This document shows, piece by piece, positions 43,832 to 58,800 of a stretch of DNA of 64,000 nucleotides. Under the pieces are notes generated by a model. The model saw only the letters and a program-made list of their open reading frames with translations, had not been told where the DNA came from and did not search any database. Source of the DNA: Mantamonas sphyraenae STR306 (lineage: Eukaryota > Protista > CRuMs). Every line of letters starts with the position of its first letter. Within the stretch, counting starts at the first letter, position 1. A program made the translations under genes and the position numbers. The stretch spans positions 372,001-436,000 of the forward strand of contig JAPMXV010000053.1 in assembly GCA_026936335.1 (NCBI GenBank), given 5' to 3'.

Positions 43832-46800
43832 TCATTTCTTGCTAAAGCGCCCGCCTTCCATCAGGAGCGGCGAGTCCAGCGGGGACTCCACATCCTCGTC
43901 GGATTCATCATCATCGCTGTCCTCCTCCTCGTCCAGCTGCTTCTTTTGCTGTTTCTTCTTCTTCTTGCGCTTCTCCTCCTTCTTTGCGCGGCGCCTTGCC
44001 TCCTCCTCCTCTCCAATTCTTCTGCGCTCTTGCCTGCCTTGGCCGCTTCCTCCCGCGCCGCCTCTGCCGCCGCTCGCACCACATCCATCATGTTGGCCTT
44101 GCCCTGTGCCTGTTTGCGGCGCAGCTTCTCTCGCAGCGCGCCTGGACTGTCCATCTTGGGGCTTGGGCTGGCGCTCTTGGATCCCGTTGCAGCAACTTCG
44201 CCTGATGCCACCTTGGCCCTCAGCGCCGCCCATCCCTTGCCTCCCGCGGGTTTCTTCTCCTTGCCTTCTTCCTCTTCGTCGTCGTCGCCGTACTCCAGTC
44301 GTCGGAAGGATGGCATAAACAGCTCCACCAGCACGGGGTTGAGCAGCGCCATCGCCTGATCTCCTTTCTCTTCCGCATCTTCCTCCAGCTTCTCCAACTT
44401 CTCCAGCATCTCGCTCAGCAGCGTGAAATCCACCTCGACGTACTCGTCCGCATCGTCGTCAAAGTACTCCAAAGCCACCTCGTTCACCTGCTCCAGCACC
44501 TCTTCTGCTTCAAGGAACTCCTTCTCCGCTTCCACGGCCTGCACACGCTCCCACAGTCCGCACACATTGTCTGGGTATCGTTTGCGCAGTACATCCTTGG
44601 AAATCTGCTCAAACACAGCCATGCGTCGCTTGCCGCCCGTCAGCGCAATGCCAAACTTGTCCTTCAGGGTCAGGCCGCCTGCGCCCGTGGACGAACGGCG
44701 TCGCAGCTTCTCCATGGTCTTTTTCTTCTTCTCCTCATTCTCTTGCAGACGCTTGAACACAACTTCGTCCTTTTCCTCCAGCGTGTCGGTGTCAAACTCG
44801 TTCAGGCTCATGGGTTTGATCACAGTTGCTCCGCGCAAGCGCGATGCGCCTCCCGGTGCGTTCAGCGACGCTGCAATCTCTTCCAACTCCTTGGCACGCT
44901 CGCGCGTGGCCTTTTCGTGTTCGTCCTTCTGTTCCAATTCCTTGTTGTAGTACTTGCTGATGTCCACGCCCTCGTCAATGACCTTTTTCAGATCAAAGGC
45001 GCTGTCCTGCTTCTCTAGTTGCGCCTCGCTGACCAGCGCCGCAGGGGCTGCCAACGATTGGTCCTTCTTTTTGTCCTCTTTGGCAAAGTCCAGCCCTGTG
45101 CCCAGCACAGCTGCAGCCACCGTGTCGAAGCGGCCTGCCGCACGGTTCTGGTTGGCCGAGCCCTTGGACATGTTGTAGCGTCCTTTGCGCGATGCCACAT
45201 ACTTTTCCCACTTGCTGACGCCCCACAGGTAGAACAATAGGATGACGAACAGCAGGGCCAAGAGAAAGTTGAGCACAAACAGGCCCACGGTGAGCGCCGT
45301 CTTTTCGTCCTCTGTCGCCTCGTTGCTGAAGAACATCATGCCTGCCATCAGTGTCATGCATGTCACGAGCAAGGTGTACGTTTCCAGGCGCGTGTGCAGC
45401 GGATGCTTGAACGGACGCGCGTACAGATGGAGAATCAGACCCGAGAGGATGATCCACAGGCCGAGATAGATCTGCGTAAGCGGTTCGTCCTTGAAGAAGA
45501 TCACCACCAGAACAATGATGATCTTGCGGATGAGAATGACCAGCTCCCACCAGTAGCGCTTGCCACGTAGCCGTGAGTGAGCAAGTCGATCTTGGGGAAG
45601 ATCTTTGGGTTCTTCTTGCTCTTCCACAGAAGGTAGCCAAAGAATGCAGGGAAGCCGACGAGGTAAATGATGACGGCTATGATGGCCAACACACGCCACG
45701 CTTGGTACTCTGGGTCGTGGCATGAGATGCTGAGGTCCTCCTGCAGCAGCAGGATGTTCTTTGTCTCGTCGTACAGCTTGCAGTTGAAGAAGGTCAACAC
45801 GTTGTTGGTGATCACGGGGAACACGATAAAGATGCCGGCCACAGAAACGCGAATACAAAAGGTGTTGAAGTCAAAGAGCCACTTGGAGGTGATCTTGCCC
45901 GTGACCTTCTTGGCCACCCAGGCGCAGCCGTACACAATCAGGGGGACCATCACGCACACAATGGGCACCAACGTGTACGACACAAACTTGTCGTAGTAGG
46001 TCCACTTGGTGGTGCAGTCCAGTGGCTGCTGGAACAGTCCAAAGTTGGTGATTCCGCTGATCTGGAAGACTGTGGACATGAGGCCGCTCCAGCGCATGCG
46101 GAAGTCTCCGATGAACGCCAGCACCTGCATGTAGTTGAGCAGGATCTTCTTGATGATGGCACGGATACTCTTGCGCTTGCCCTGGCCACGTCGTGCCAGC
46201 GAGATGATGATGTAGATGAGCGCCAGGAGGGTGCCCACCACGTACAGCCAGCTCACCGCCTCGGCGTCACATTTGTGGCAAGTTGTTCCGCGCTTGCCGT
46301 ATCCTGGGTCACACAGTGAGCAAAGTGGACCGTGGTAGCCCTCTGCACAGGTGGAGTTGCCTCCACCCAGGCAGGCGTCCGGATTGGGGCAGCGCACAAA
46401 CTTGGCTTCGGCCAGATTGAAGCTGAAGTAGCCCGTGCCGGTTGTGTAGCCGCCATCCTCGCTCTGGCTGCACACGCCACCAGCAGGGCAAAGCTGGCAG
46501 TCGCCATTGGTAAAGGCGTTTTCGTAGTAGCCGTCGGAACACAGACACTGGCTGGCGTTGGTTGCCCCGAGGATGCCGTTGGTGTCCCTGTGAGTGCGGC
46601 AAGGCTCACACTTATCCTGGCCCGGTTTGGGTTGGTAGCCATACTGGTCACAGGCAACGCAAGGCGAGTCTGGAGTGATGGAATAGTGACCTGGCGAGCA
46701 GAAACACGAGTCTTTGGTGCCGGTGGGCTCGGAGTTGGGTCGGTACTCGGGGCATGTGATGAAGGTCAGGGCCTTGGGCAGCACGAGCGGAGTCAACTGC

Positions 46801-49800
46801 GCGTCGTTGCTGATCACGTTGCCAATCACGGTGACGTCGACCGCGTCGCCAAAGGGACCGGTGTAGAAGACGCCGGTGAAGTTGGCGATTCCATCGAGAG
46901 CTGCCTTTTCGTACGTGGCTCCTTGTGTGTACCGAGACACCAGGATGCGCACGAGCACATCCGATGTGTTGACCCTGTTGCCTGCTGTGTCGATCACTTC
47001 GACTTCGGGCTGCACAGGGAACGGTTTCTCCGCCGAGTTGCGGTTGTCGACGAACAAGGTCATGTTGCGAACAAAGCGGAAGGTGTGTGCGGGTCCATGC
47101 ACCACCGTGACGCTGCTGCTGGTGGGTTCCAGGCCGCTGGCGGTGTAGGCGAGTGTGTACGTGCCAGCCGTGGGGGTGATGCGCACATCGGCAAAGTCCA
47201 CCTGATAGCCATTTGCAGCCGAGGCCACACGCGACAGAGTGCCAGCGCGCAGAACACGCCGTCGCTGCTGCTCACAGAGATCGTTACAGAGGGCAGCTGG
47301 GCGTCGACAACGAGCTGCGTGCCGGGCGATGTGGGCGTGTTTGCGTCGAGGGCGTTTCCGCCTGCATCCACAACACGCACTGTCACGCCGTTGACAGGCA
47401 CATCGGCTGCGTTGCTGCCTGCGTACGTCAGTGTTTGTTTTCCACCGCCCTGTACAAGCAGATGTTCGGCAACGCCGCTGGAGATGTTGACCTGTACCAG
47501 TGCAGGCTGCAGGTTGCCTTGTGTGACCACCAGCACATGCACGCCAGCACGCGGGCGCAACAAGCGCACTCCGTCGATGGTCACCACGCCTGCCTGCATG
47601 GTGTATCTGACACGTCCGGCCAGAATCGGCGTGGCCAGAGGTTGCCGGTTTGCATCCAGGGCGCCTGGACCGCCGCTCTGCACGCTGACGTCGATCTCGC
47701 GAGAGATCGTGTCTGTGTCGCCCACAGCCTCTCCTCCCGCATCGTATGCGCGCACTGTAAACGAGCTGACAAGGGAAGAGATGTTGCTGGTGGCTGTCAC
47801 TGCCGAGGTGGTGCTGGAAAGGCGTGCAGCAGGCCCAACCACAATGCGCACGTGTGATTGGGCGCTGATCAGTCCTGGCGCACGGTACTCGATGCCATAC
47901 ACGCCCAAGGGTGGGGAGAGCAACGCCAGCGAAGCAAACACAGCCGTGCCGTTGCGCATGCGCTCGACAGAACCCGTGCTGCGCAGCGTGGCGGTGTTGT
48001 TCAGAAGGACAGCCGTGATGTCCTTTTCGTTGGGATGGTCGTACACCCACGAGCCGCCGGCATCTTTCTGTCGAATCTGCACAGTGGCCAGTAGGGACTC
48101 GAATGTGGACGATCGTTGGGAGAGCGGGTTGAATTCGCTCACGAGCGTGTGCGGCGGCCCAACGGTAACCACAACTGCGAGGTTCACTGGGATCCACGTG
48201 CGCGAGGCAAAGAAAGTAAGCGTGTACGTGCCGGCAGGTGGCTTTAGGAGCACCACCGACAAGTTGGCGTACGAAGGGAGCACAAATCGAGCAATGTCAC
48301 CCTGCAACACGCCAGAGTTGTCCACGCTGACGTCCACAGAGGTGAGACCACCTAGACTGCTTGTTTCCACACCCCCTGCGTCAAGGGCAGCCACAATGAC
48401 GGGTTCAATGGTCACGGCGTCCACAGACGCGTAAACGAGCGTGGCAGGGGCCTGGCGAATGCCAAGACTCTCTGCCAAACCCTGGGTGACGATGACATCC
48501 ACAGTGGCATTTTGGAGACCTTGCGAGGAGAAATGCAAGGAGTGTTGGCCTTGCAGACCTGTGCGGATGGTGAGAGTGCGGAAAACGGCGTCCCCGTTCA
48601 CTGTGGTTTCCGACGTACCCGAAGGCAGATCCAAAGACTGCGACCACACCGACACGGTGCGATTGAGCACGTCCAAATTACCAAGGGTGTTGTTGGCAAC
48701 GTCGACGACACGCACAGTGATTTCTGGGACGGTGTAGAGGCGGGTAGAGGCGAACGTGCGCTTCCAGGCCGTGACCAGTGCGAGGGCACGTGGCTGGCCA
48801 ACTCTCACGGTGACGTTGGCGGTAGTTGGGGCCAATCCAGTCATGTTGAACACAACGCGATACGTTTGTGCCACAGGAAGCGTTAAGGACATGTTTGCAA
48901 ACACCGCAGCGCCGTTGGAGACGCTCGATGGGAACACGGTTGCGAAACCTTGGATTTGGGCCGCCATCGTGCCGATGTAGTCGGTGACAACATTGTTACC
49001 GGCGTCCACGACAGACACAGAAATGGAAGGGACCGCTGTTGTGGTCTCGGCCGGGGCATACACATGCTGGGGCACAACGCGGTCCAACCTCACCGCTGGC
49101 CCTGTGACAACCTGCACGGCCACATCGCCGCTTTGGAGGGATGCAGCCGAGAAGCGCAGTGCATACCAACCGACAGCAGGTGCAGAAAAGGCCACTGTGG
49201 TAAAGGTGGCGTTGCCTGCGGTGCTATTGACGGGCGTCAGGCCCGTAGCAACCAGTGATGCGTTCAATGTCTGGACGCTCACCAAACGGTGCGACGCGTC
49301 AAAGGAGCCCACAGCGTTGCCTCCGTTGTCGTAGAGGATCGCTTGGATCGGTGGCACGGGACTGCTTGTGCGCGACGGCACGGTGGCTGTGATCGGGGGA
49401 ACAACAATCTGTGTGGGAGGGCCAGGGTACACAGAGAGCGACACGGTGACATTTCGCAGCGCATATGCAGACATGACGATGCCGTAAGAGCCGATGGGAA
49501 TGCGTCCCGTGAGCTTGAGATCGGTGAAGGACACGCGGCCAGAGTTGGCGTCGACTGGTTTCGTCAGCGTGCCCTGCAGAGTGACGCCAGCGATGGAGAC
49601 ATTCAATGCAGCGTGCACGTGCACATCACCCGTGGTCACGGTATCGCCTGCGTCTCGAAGCTCCACGGTGATCGCAGGCAGAGGCACAGAGGCGATGGAC
49701 GCGTAGGAAAGGGTCGTCACGGGGGCAATGCGAGTCAGCGCGTACGGCTGACCCACACCCACCTGGACAGCCACAGACGTATTGCGCAGACCCTGCGCGA

Positions 49801-52800
49801 GGAACCACAGCGTGTAGGAGCCGTTCTGTGGCGATTGCAGGGCAAGATCGGAAAACACGGCGCGGCCAACCATGCTGGTGACCACCTGGACGCCCACGAG
49901 CACACCACCAGCGCTGGCAGACGCGCTCACAGTGCGGTTGAGTCCATCGAGTGCACCCAGCATGTTGTTGCCAGCATCTACGACGCGCAAGTCGACGGCG
50001 CCCAAGGCTGAAAACACACGGCTTTCAACCACCACAGAGGCACTGGCAGGCGAGTGCACCACCAGCGCTGTAGGCGGTCCCGTGATCACGTCGATGGTCA
50101 TGTCGACGGAGAAGAGACCCGTGCTGGCGAAGCGCAGGACGTACCGGCCGACGCGAGGTGTTGTCAGAGTCAGGTCTGCGAATGGATGAGTGGCGTTTCG
50201 CTGCAGCGTACCCTGCAGCTGGGCAAGCTGTGTGCTGTTGAGCAGTTGCACAGATGCGTTGCGGGCAACCATCTGTGCGGCGTCGACAGCGTTCCCTGCT
50301 GCATCGCGGCCGATCAGAAGAGTGGCGTTGATGGGCGTGTTGAGAACCGCGTGGACACTGCCCAGGTGGGCAGAGGGCACATCCAGAGACACGACCTGGC
50401 CCGGTACAATCTCCAGGGCCACCGATGTGTTGAGAAGAGATGCTGCATAGAACACAAGGGAGAAGTTGGCTGTGGGCGGGCGCAGCAACTGCAGGCCCGT
50501 CAGCGTGGCCACACCGTTGGTGACAGAGACAGACGTGGGACCAGATGTCTGCAGCGCAGCAGGAACGTCCACGTTGACGATGATGTCAGAGGCCGTTGGC
50601 ACAAGGGTCCCCGCGACATCTCGAGCCTGCACCGTCACTGCACCCAGCGCAACCTGCAGGTTAGTTGCAAGCGACTGGGCGGCGCCAGACACAACCGCCA
50701 GCTGAAAGGGAACACCCACCGTGACGCGGATGGACACAGAGACATTGCCTAGCAGCGGACTGTGGAAGTTGAGCGCGTAGTCGCCAGCCACAGGCTTGAG
50801 CAACTGCACGGCGTCAAACACGACCACCGCGCTCGTGGCAGTCACATTGAGCGTGCCAGCGAGGTCCAATGTAGCGTTGGCGCCCGTCAAGAAGAGGTTC
50901 TGGCCAGCAAAGCGAGGCGCGGAGACAGCAGTGCCGCTTGCGTCGACGGCTGTGAGGCGGATGGTCGGTGCTGCGGTCACAGCTGCGGCCTGCACGGTGG
51001 AGGATGTGGTGAACACTGCAAGCAGACGCAAGGGCAAGCCGCCGTTAACTTGCACGCCCACCGTGGCAGTGCCGACGTTGGGTGTGCTGACACGAAGCAC
51101 ATACGCACCCAGAGCAGGTGCTTGCAGCGACACGTTGGCAAACGAGGCCAAACCGTTGACGAGCGTGGCTGTGGTCGTGCTGGTTACAGTTGCACTCGGT
51201 TGCAGCGCCAGAGTGAGCGTGCGGTTGCTGTCGCTGACGATCGTGTTGTTGCCTGCATCAAAACCTTGCACCGTCAACGCGCCCAGGTAAGCGGTCTGCG
51301 CAGTCTCGACGCTGATCGACACCGGGGAGACGATGCGAAGGGTATGGATGGGACCCACCGAAACGTTGAACGTTGTGGTGAGCACGGGAAGCCCAGCTGT
51401 GTTCAGCTCCACCGCATACACGCCGGCCACAGGGGATGCGAGTGCGAGCGAGGACACAGAGACGTTGCCCTTCAGCATGGTCTCGGACGAGGAGCCGAGT
51501 TGCACTCCGTTGCTGTCTTTGATCTTGATCAAGACAAGACGATCGACATCGAGGCCCACGAGCGAGTTGTCACCGGCATCGCGTGTTTGCACCGAGATCG
51601 TGCCCAACGATGTGGACACACGCGAAAGCACCGTGGCCGGCAGGTTGAGCAGAGCCATGTGTGTAGCAGCGCCCGGAAGCACTTCTACAGTGACATTTGC
51701 GCCGATCAACCCGGTCGCACCAAACTGCAGCGTGTAGTTGCCTCGCGCAGGAGAAGCCAGGCGTGCGTTGTCAATGGTAGCCGCACCACGGTTACTGAGA
51801 GCCGAAAGGACACCCTGGAGCATTGCCTGGTGCGGCGACGGGAGCGACGCAGTGACGGTGACGGGTGAGACGCTCGTGGTCGTGCCACTTGCATCTTGCA
51901 CGGTCACACTGACGGCAGGCAGAGCAGTCAGCGCGGAGCTGCTCACTTGCAGGGACGTAGGCGACGCCACAAGTTTGTAGGGTGCACCACTGGAGATGGT
52001 CAAGGCGATGGTCGCGTTGACGAGACCCAGCGTACCCACCTGGAGCGTGTAGGCATCGGGGACGGGCGCAGCCAGAGTGGCACCAACAAACTGTGCAGCA
52101 CCTGCAGCCTGACTGTACGTGGTGGCCACCCGCACACCTCCAATCACGTCGAGGACCACGGTGCGGTTGAGGGTGTCGAGGCCACCCAGTACGTTGTTGC
52201 CGCCGTCGCGCACAACGACGCCGATGGTGGGCAGAGCCACGGAGACGCTTGTGTCGAGGGCCAACGTGTTGTCGGTGTTGTTCAGCGTCAGCTTTGTTGG
52301 GGCGCCATGCACAATGTTCACCGAGGTCTGTGCCACCACCAGAGCAGGAGACACAGACGCCACAAAGGTGTACAATCCCACCGTGGGTGTGGTCAGGGAC
52401 AGGCCCGTAAAGTTGGCCACTCCTTGCACCATGGCTGTGGACGCAGTGCCCGCAAGTGCCGTGGCGGTCACGTCCACACCGTTGAAGTAGACAGTGAGGG
52501 TGGCCGACGTGGTTGTGGTGTCATTCGACAACAACGTCTCGTTCTGGTGGTTCTGTGTGGCGACGGTGATGTGCGGCAGGGCCACGCTTGCGGTTGCGTT
52601 GACATCGCCCAATCCGCCCAAATCGCTCAGCAGTGTCGTGTACTCGGGCGTGGTCACAAACATGCCATGCACTTCAAACTCATACAGCCATCCGCCATCT
52701 GTGGCTGTCACAAGCGTGCCCATGGCTCCCTCGCTGTTGTTGAATCCGACGCGGAAATGCGACGAGCGCACCTCGCTCGCCAAAAAGTCCACACAGAGGC

Positions 52801-55800
52801 CGACATCGTTGGCATCGGAGGGAACGACACGACAGGGACGCTGTGTACCGAGCGCCGATGCGCTCTGCTTGGTCACGCGTTGTACAATGGTCTGCCAAGT
52901 TTGCGTGGCCGCAATGAAAGCCTGCACCTCGTAGTACGGCGGCGTGTTGCGGCACGACTGGTACCACGACAGGATGATCTCGTTGGCAAAGGCCTCAATG
53001 GGCAGATTGACCTGTGCATACACCCAATGTGTGTTGTTCTGGGCAAACTGCAGGCCGCACTTGAAGCCTTGGTTGGCGTCGGTCTTTTCACAGCAGCGGT
53101 CGTTGTCGTGGATGCCTGCAGGGTACACACCGTCGGTGACGCCGGTGGCACTTCCTGTGGCGGTGCCGTTTGTGGCCAGGTTCTCAAAATAGCGCAGGCC
53201 GAGAGCCACGCGGTCGGCGACGGCAAAGTCGAGCTCGCTCTTTGTGCGACACAGAGGCGAGAACGGGTCCACGTACGTAAACTGGACACCCGAGGCCGAC
53301 GCAACGTACTGCTGGGCATTGTTGGACACAGACAAGTCGTATTTTCCCGTGTCCTGCTGGGGTGCCGTGCAGATCACCTGCGTGCTGGACACAAACTGGG
53401 GTGCCTTGGTGTTTACAAGCTGGCCAAAGCGGCACTGAAGGGCATCGCTGTTGATGAATCCCGATCCAGCGACAGTGATGGTCTCGCCGCCGGTGGTCTG
53501 GCCAACCTGAGGAGTAAAAGCACCCACCGTCTCGGGCGTGTAGTACGTCATGGAGGCGTTCTGGCTGGTTGCACTGACCGAAAAGTTGAGGCCGTTGTTG
53601 GTCACATTGACGAGGACAGTGCTGCCAGCCGCGCCGGCCGGAGATGTGCACAGGAACTGCGTGCGCGACACGTATTGGACAGAGACACACGCCTGACCGC
53701 CCACTTGGGCGTTCAGATAGCCGTTGTTGACAAAGTTGTTGCCCGAAATGGTGAGGATGGTGGCGCCGGTGGACGGCCCTGTGGTGGGGGTCATGGCCGT
53801 CTGGTTGGCCGGAGCGAGAACCTGCACGGTCCAAGGGCTGCCTGCAATGCTGCCCACAGCGGTGGTGACGTCGATACGGTACAAATCCGCACCTGCGCCA
53901 GCGACGTATTGGACACGGTACCTGTTTGCAGTGGCAAAGGCGACGGAGCTGGGCACGGCTGCACCGTCACTCAGGCGGGTGACGTTGATGGTGAACACAT
54001 CGGTGCCCACAGTGCGTGCATTGCCGTAGACATCACGTGCAAACACGTCGAAGCTGTTTGTGACGTAGGGACTGGCCTCCGAAAGGGCGACACCGGACGC
54101 AGTGCACGCGGCAGCGTGAAGGGCGTTGGGCGTGACGGTGACGTTGGTCGCACTCAACACGTCGCTGGGAGTCGCTGGAAAGGCAAGGATGGCGATGTTG
54201 CGGCTGCCGCCGGGGTTGGTCACAGAGGGAAGATCGACCCACTTGCCGCGAACAGACCCCGAGGCCACCAGCGTGCCGTTGTAGACGTCGATGGCTCGGA
54301 AGTAAGTGCCGCTGCTGGCGCCCGTGTTGATAAAGGTGCGACCGCCGACCTGGACACCATCGCTGAGGCGCAGTTTGGCGATGAACGCGCGTTCCTTCTC
54401 GCCGACAGTCTGTGCGTCGAAACCATCCTGTGACACCGAGCCTGCGACATAGACAAAGGACCCATCCGACGTTGCCATGAACGCAGCGCTACCCGCAGGG
54501 TTTGCCATGGACCACGTCCACAGCACATGGCCGGTGGCGTTCATGCGGACAACGATGGCCGTGTCTGGGTTGGGCTCCAAGCGAAGACCACACAGAAGGA
54601 ACTCACCGTTGAACATTGCACCGGCATACGTATCGGTTGCCACAGATGACGGCAAGTTGTCACGGAAGCTCTGTTCGAGCACACCGGCGCGCGTAAAGCG
54701 GCTGATGAAGATGTCACGACCGCCGACAACGGAGTGACCTCCAAAGTCGCCGAGCGTATCACCGACGACGTAGATACGGTCGTCTTGTGCTCGGTAGAAC
54801 ACCGCGGACGTCGATTCTGATTGTGTGCTGCCAAACTGGCGCTCCCACACAAGATCACCCGTGGCGGAGTACTTCACCAAAAGAATGTCGTTCGCGCCGA
54901 GATTGGTATCAACGACTGAACCCTCCGTTCGCCCAGCAAAGACGGCACTGCCATCAGTGGGATCGACAGCGACGTCGACAAAGGATTCTGAGGCACTGGA
55001 GCCGCGTGCACGGGCCCAGCGGAGAGCGCCTGTGGTTGCATCAAAGGCAAGGGCAAGGGCATCGGCGCCCCCACCTTGGTAAGAATGTCCCAGGAACGTG
55101 CTGGAGGACTCGCCGGCAACAAAGAAGGTGTTGCGTGCCTCGTCCAAGGCGCAGCGCCACGGTTTATCCTGGCCAGCAGCATCAAAGACGTTGCTCCACA
55201 CCAGGGTTCCTGTGGGCGCAATCTTGGCCACATAGACGGCGTGATCGGCCACAACGACCTGTGAACCATCTGCTTTGATGTAGTTTCCGGTCACACGTGC
55301 AGCGACATAGACATTGCCATCTGCATCGAGCGCCTGGCCGGTTGCAATGGCACCTGAGCTCGAGGTGGTCGTACCGACGATGGTGCCCCAATCGGGCGAC
55401 CCAGAGGCAAAGGGATAGCCAATGGGCGAGCGGATGCTGAGAGCATGCGTGCCGGCCACGGTGGTGAGGTAGGTGACCTGTTGCTGACCCTGCAACGCCA
55501 CGAGAGGGCCGATTGTGCCCTGCACGTTACCCAGCGCGGCACTGAACGCGTTTGCCGTCACTGCGGTGCGATTGTTGGAGAACTGGTCTCGTTCCTGAAG
55601 GGCCACGAGACCCTGGACACCGGCCATGGCAGCATACAGGCTGCTGCCGGTGATGATGGTCTTTGTTCGATCCATTGGGGCAGGGAGCACGTTGATGGTC
55701 GCAGGTGAGCCGATGATGTGTTGGCCACGGTACTGCACCTGCAGCGAGGCCGTGCCACGCAGATTGGAGGAATAGGAAACAGCAAAGACACCTTGGGTGG

Positions 55801-58800
55801 CGAGCGACACAGTGACACTGCCTGTGCTGAGAGAAGTGACAATCAGAGCTGCATCTGTTGCGGTTGAGCTCAGCAGAGTGTTGTTGAAGCGGTCACGCAA
55901 CTGGATGGTGACACCTGTGCTGGCCACACCGGCTATCACGGTGCTCTGGACATCGAGGAGCTGCGAGCGCGAAGGATCGCCCTGAACAGGGGTGACCACA
56001 ATGGCAAAGGGAGACCCGACGATACCCCGCGTCCACGAGAGATCGGTGATGCTGACAGCGTACGTGCCTGCAATTGTGTAGTTGAGCAGAGCTGAGTACA
56101 CCCCGCCTGCATGTGGAAGCACTGTGCCGTTGCGCACGCCCTGGATGGCAACAGCAAAGGCGTCGGGCTGCGTGGACAACGGATTGCCGAACACATCACG
56201 CGCCTGGACGGTGGCGTTGAAGGATGCGTCTGCAGCGACGGTGCCTGTGGGTGTGGACACGACGGTGCTGTGGAGAACAGAAACTGCCGCCGGAAGCACC
56301 GAGACCGTGTGCGATGAAATGAGGCTGGGCCCCGGCTGCACAGAAACGTGAAGGTTAAAGACACCGCGCGTCGTGAGATTGAACGTGAGGCTGTGCATGC
56401 CTGCACCCAGGTACTGCGTGGAGTGCAAGGCATTTGCAAGGACGACGTCGCCGCCGGCAGTGAGGTTGTTGCCAAACTGATCACGGAGCTGGATGCGCAC
56501 AGTGTGCGTCGTACCGGCAACGACAACCTGCGGAACGTCGTACACCGAGGAAGAGCTTGCCTGCACGACGTCTGTGGCCACAGTAAACGGCAAATTGCCT
56601 CCAATCTGAGCATCCTGGTTGAGGGTGACGGTGAGCGGGTGTGTTCCGCTGACGGTGGCTGCGACAGAGGTGGAGTAGCGCCCAGTGGCCATGCGTCGTG
56701 TGGAAACACGTGCATAGTCGGTCTCAATGTCAACTGTGTCGTAGAAGATGGTGGGTGCGGCGTACCTTGCAGCGGGCCCGCGATCGATGAACGGGGCTGT
56801 GGGAATAACGACGTCCGTGTGCCACAAACCAAGCCCGACGACCTCGACGCTGCCATCTGCCGTGTCGATGGTAGCGTATGGGTTGGAAGCATAGTAATCT
56901 GATGTCAACGTGTTGTAGTTGGGGAACCCCTGGCCGTAGCCCTTGGCGTAGATGTCGTAGAGGCCTGGCTGGATGGCGACCGGAGCAGGGAGCTCACAGC
57001 GCATGTAGCTGCCCTGGATGGTTGTGCTTGCACACAGAAAGGTGTCGATGACGGCCACGTTGGACGTACTCGTCTGCATGCGCAGGGAGATGTTGCGCGG
57101 CTGCAGACCTGCCTTGATGTACGCACCCATGGCGTGAATGTTGATCGGGCGCACGACACGCAAGGTGTGGCCCAACCAACCAAGCCAGTTGGTTTGGGTG
57201 GCCGGAGTGTTGTCCGCATAGGCGATCAATTGGTGGACGGGGCGCGCGCTGCGTGTGCGCGGCATGTGTGCGCGTGCGTAGTGTTCTGTGAACCACAGGG
57301 ACCCTGCGCCGTACACGTTTGCGTTTCCACCTGTGTCGGGGCGTTGCAGGGACCTGTTTTCTTCCGGCTTTGAGAAGCGGCCGTGCATGACGATGGAAAT
57401 AGCCCCGTCTGCAGAGTCGGTCTTGATGGGATTGGTGCCACCGACCGGATTGTGGTTGTAGTTGGGGAACGTTGCGTTGTACCCCGTGGCAGCAACCCAA
57501 TAATCACCAGGAAGCAGATAGATGGGCGCATCAAGGTCTAGCCGCATGTAGCCATTCTGGGGCTGTGAGTTGACGATGTACTGACGCGTGAGGATGGTGT
57601 TGCGGTAGTCTGCGGCAGTAATCCAGACGTTGACGTCGCTGGGAGGCTTGTCAGCAGACAGGAACGCACCGAGGGCGGTTACGTAGATGGGCCGGTTGAC
57701 GCGAAAGGGAAGGCCAAACGAGTAGTCGGGCGCGTCGTGCTGGTTGCCGTTGATGCCTGCTGGCGCGGTATGGAAGAGTTGGTGTTCGAGGTCGGAGACG
57801 TTGGCGACGTTGCCTAGCGTGTCGCGCAGGACGGTGTCGACAAGCACTTTTGTGGTGCCTGCGACGGTGGTGCTTGCAACCTGCGTGTTTGCCGAGTGGG
57901 CAGCAGTGGGTACGTTGGAACGCACCGTCAACGCAAAGCTGATTGCAGGTACGTTGACGAGAGAGACAGCATAGGTACCAGTGACGTTGATCATGGTCGT
58001 GGCTGCATAGATGCCATTGCCGGTGTACTCCATGGTGATGTTGGGCAACCCCTGGATGGCGACGATCATGGGGAGTGCGGAGGGCGCGGTCCGGTCGTTG
58101 CCGTACTGGTCACGCGTCTGAACACGTAGGATCTGAAAGTGCTGTCCGGCGACGGCTTCTGTGGACGAGGCGAGTTGGACGGTTGTCGGGTAGTGAGCAG
58201 GTGCTGGCACGATGGTGATCTGTTGTGCGCCGATCCCAATGGCCTGGCCCGAGAGTTGGACGGAGACCGAGTGTTGCACAGCCTGAGTGGGTGTGAAAGA
58301 CGCGGTGTAGGTGCCGTTGGCAAAGGGACCGTGCCACACGAAGGAAGCCGTGGCAGGCGTGGCCACGACAGCAAGGTTTCCGGGCAGTGTTTGGTCAAAC
58401 GCATTGCCGAATGTATCGAGCAGTGCAAATGTAAAAGTGATCGGCTGACCGGCGACGGAAGTTGTCGGGGCGATGGTCTGCACTTTGGAGGAAGGTGCAT
58501 GTGGGGCAGCCGGATTGACGGCAAAGGTAAACGGGGAACCGGCGATGTGGAGGGAGGCGTTGTAGCGCAAGGCATAGGAGTAGTTGCCTGCACGAGTGAG
58601 GGTGACACTGGGCACATCCCAGATGTTGACGCTGCCGCCACGAAGAGAAGCCGAGGTGGTGAAAGGCACAGGGCCGGTCAACACGGCTTGGAAGGATGTG
58701 TCGAGGGCCTCAGTGCGTGCTACTCCTGCGGCGTCGCGCGCCAGGATGGCTGGGGAGAGGGCTGATCCAGCCAGCATGGCAGTAGGGATGGCCGATTCGA

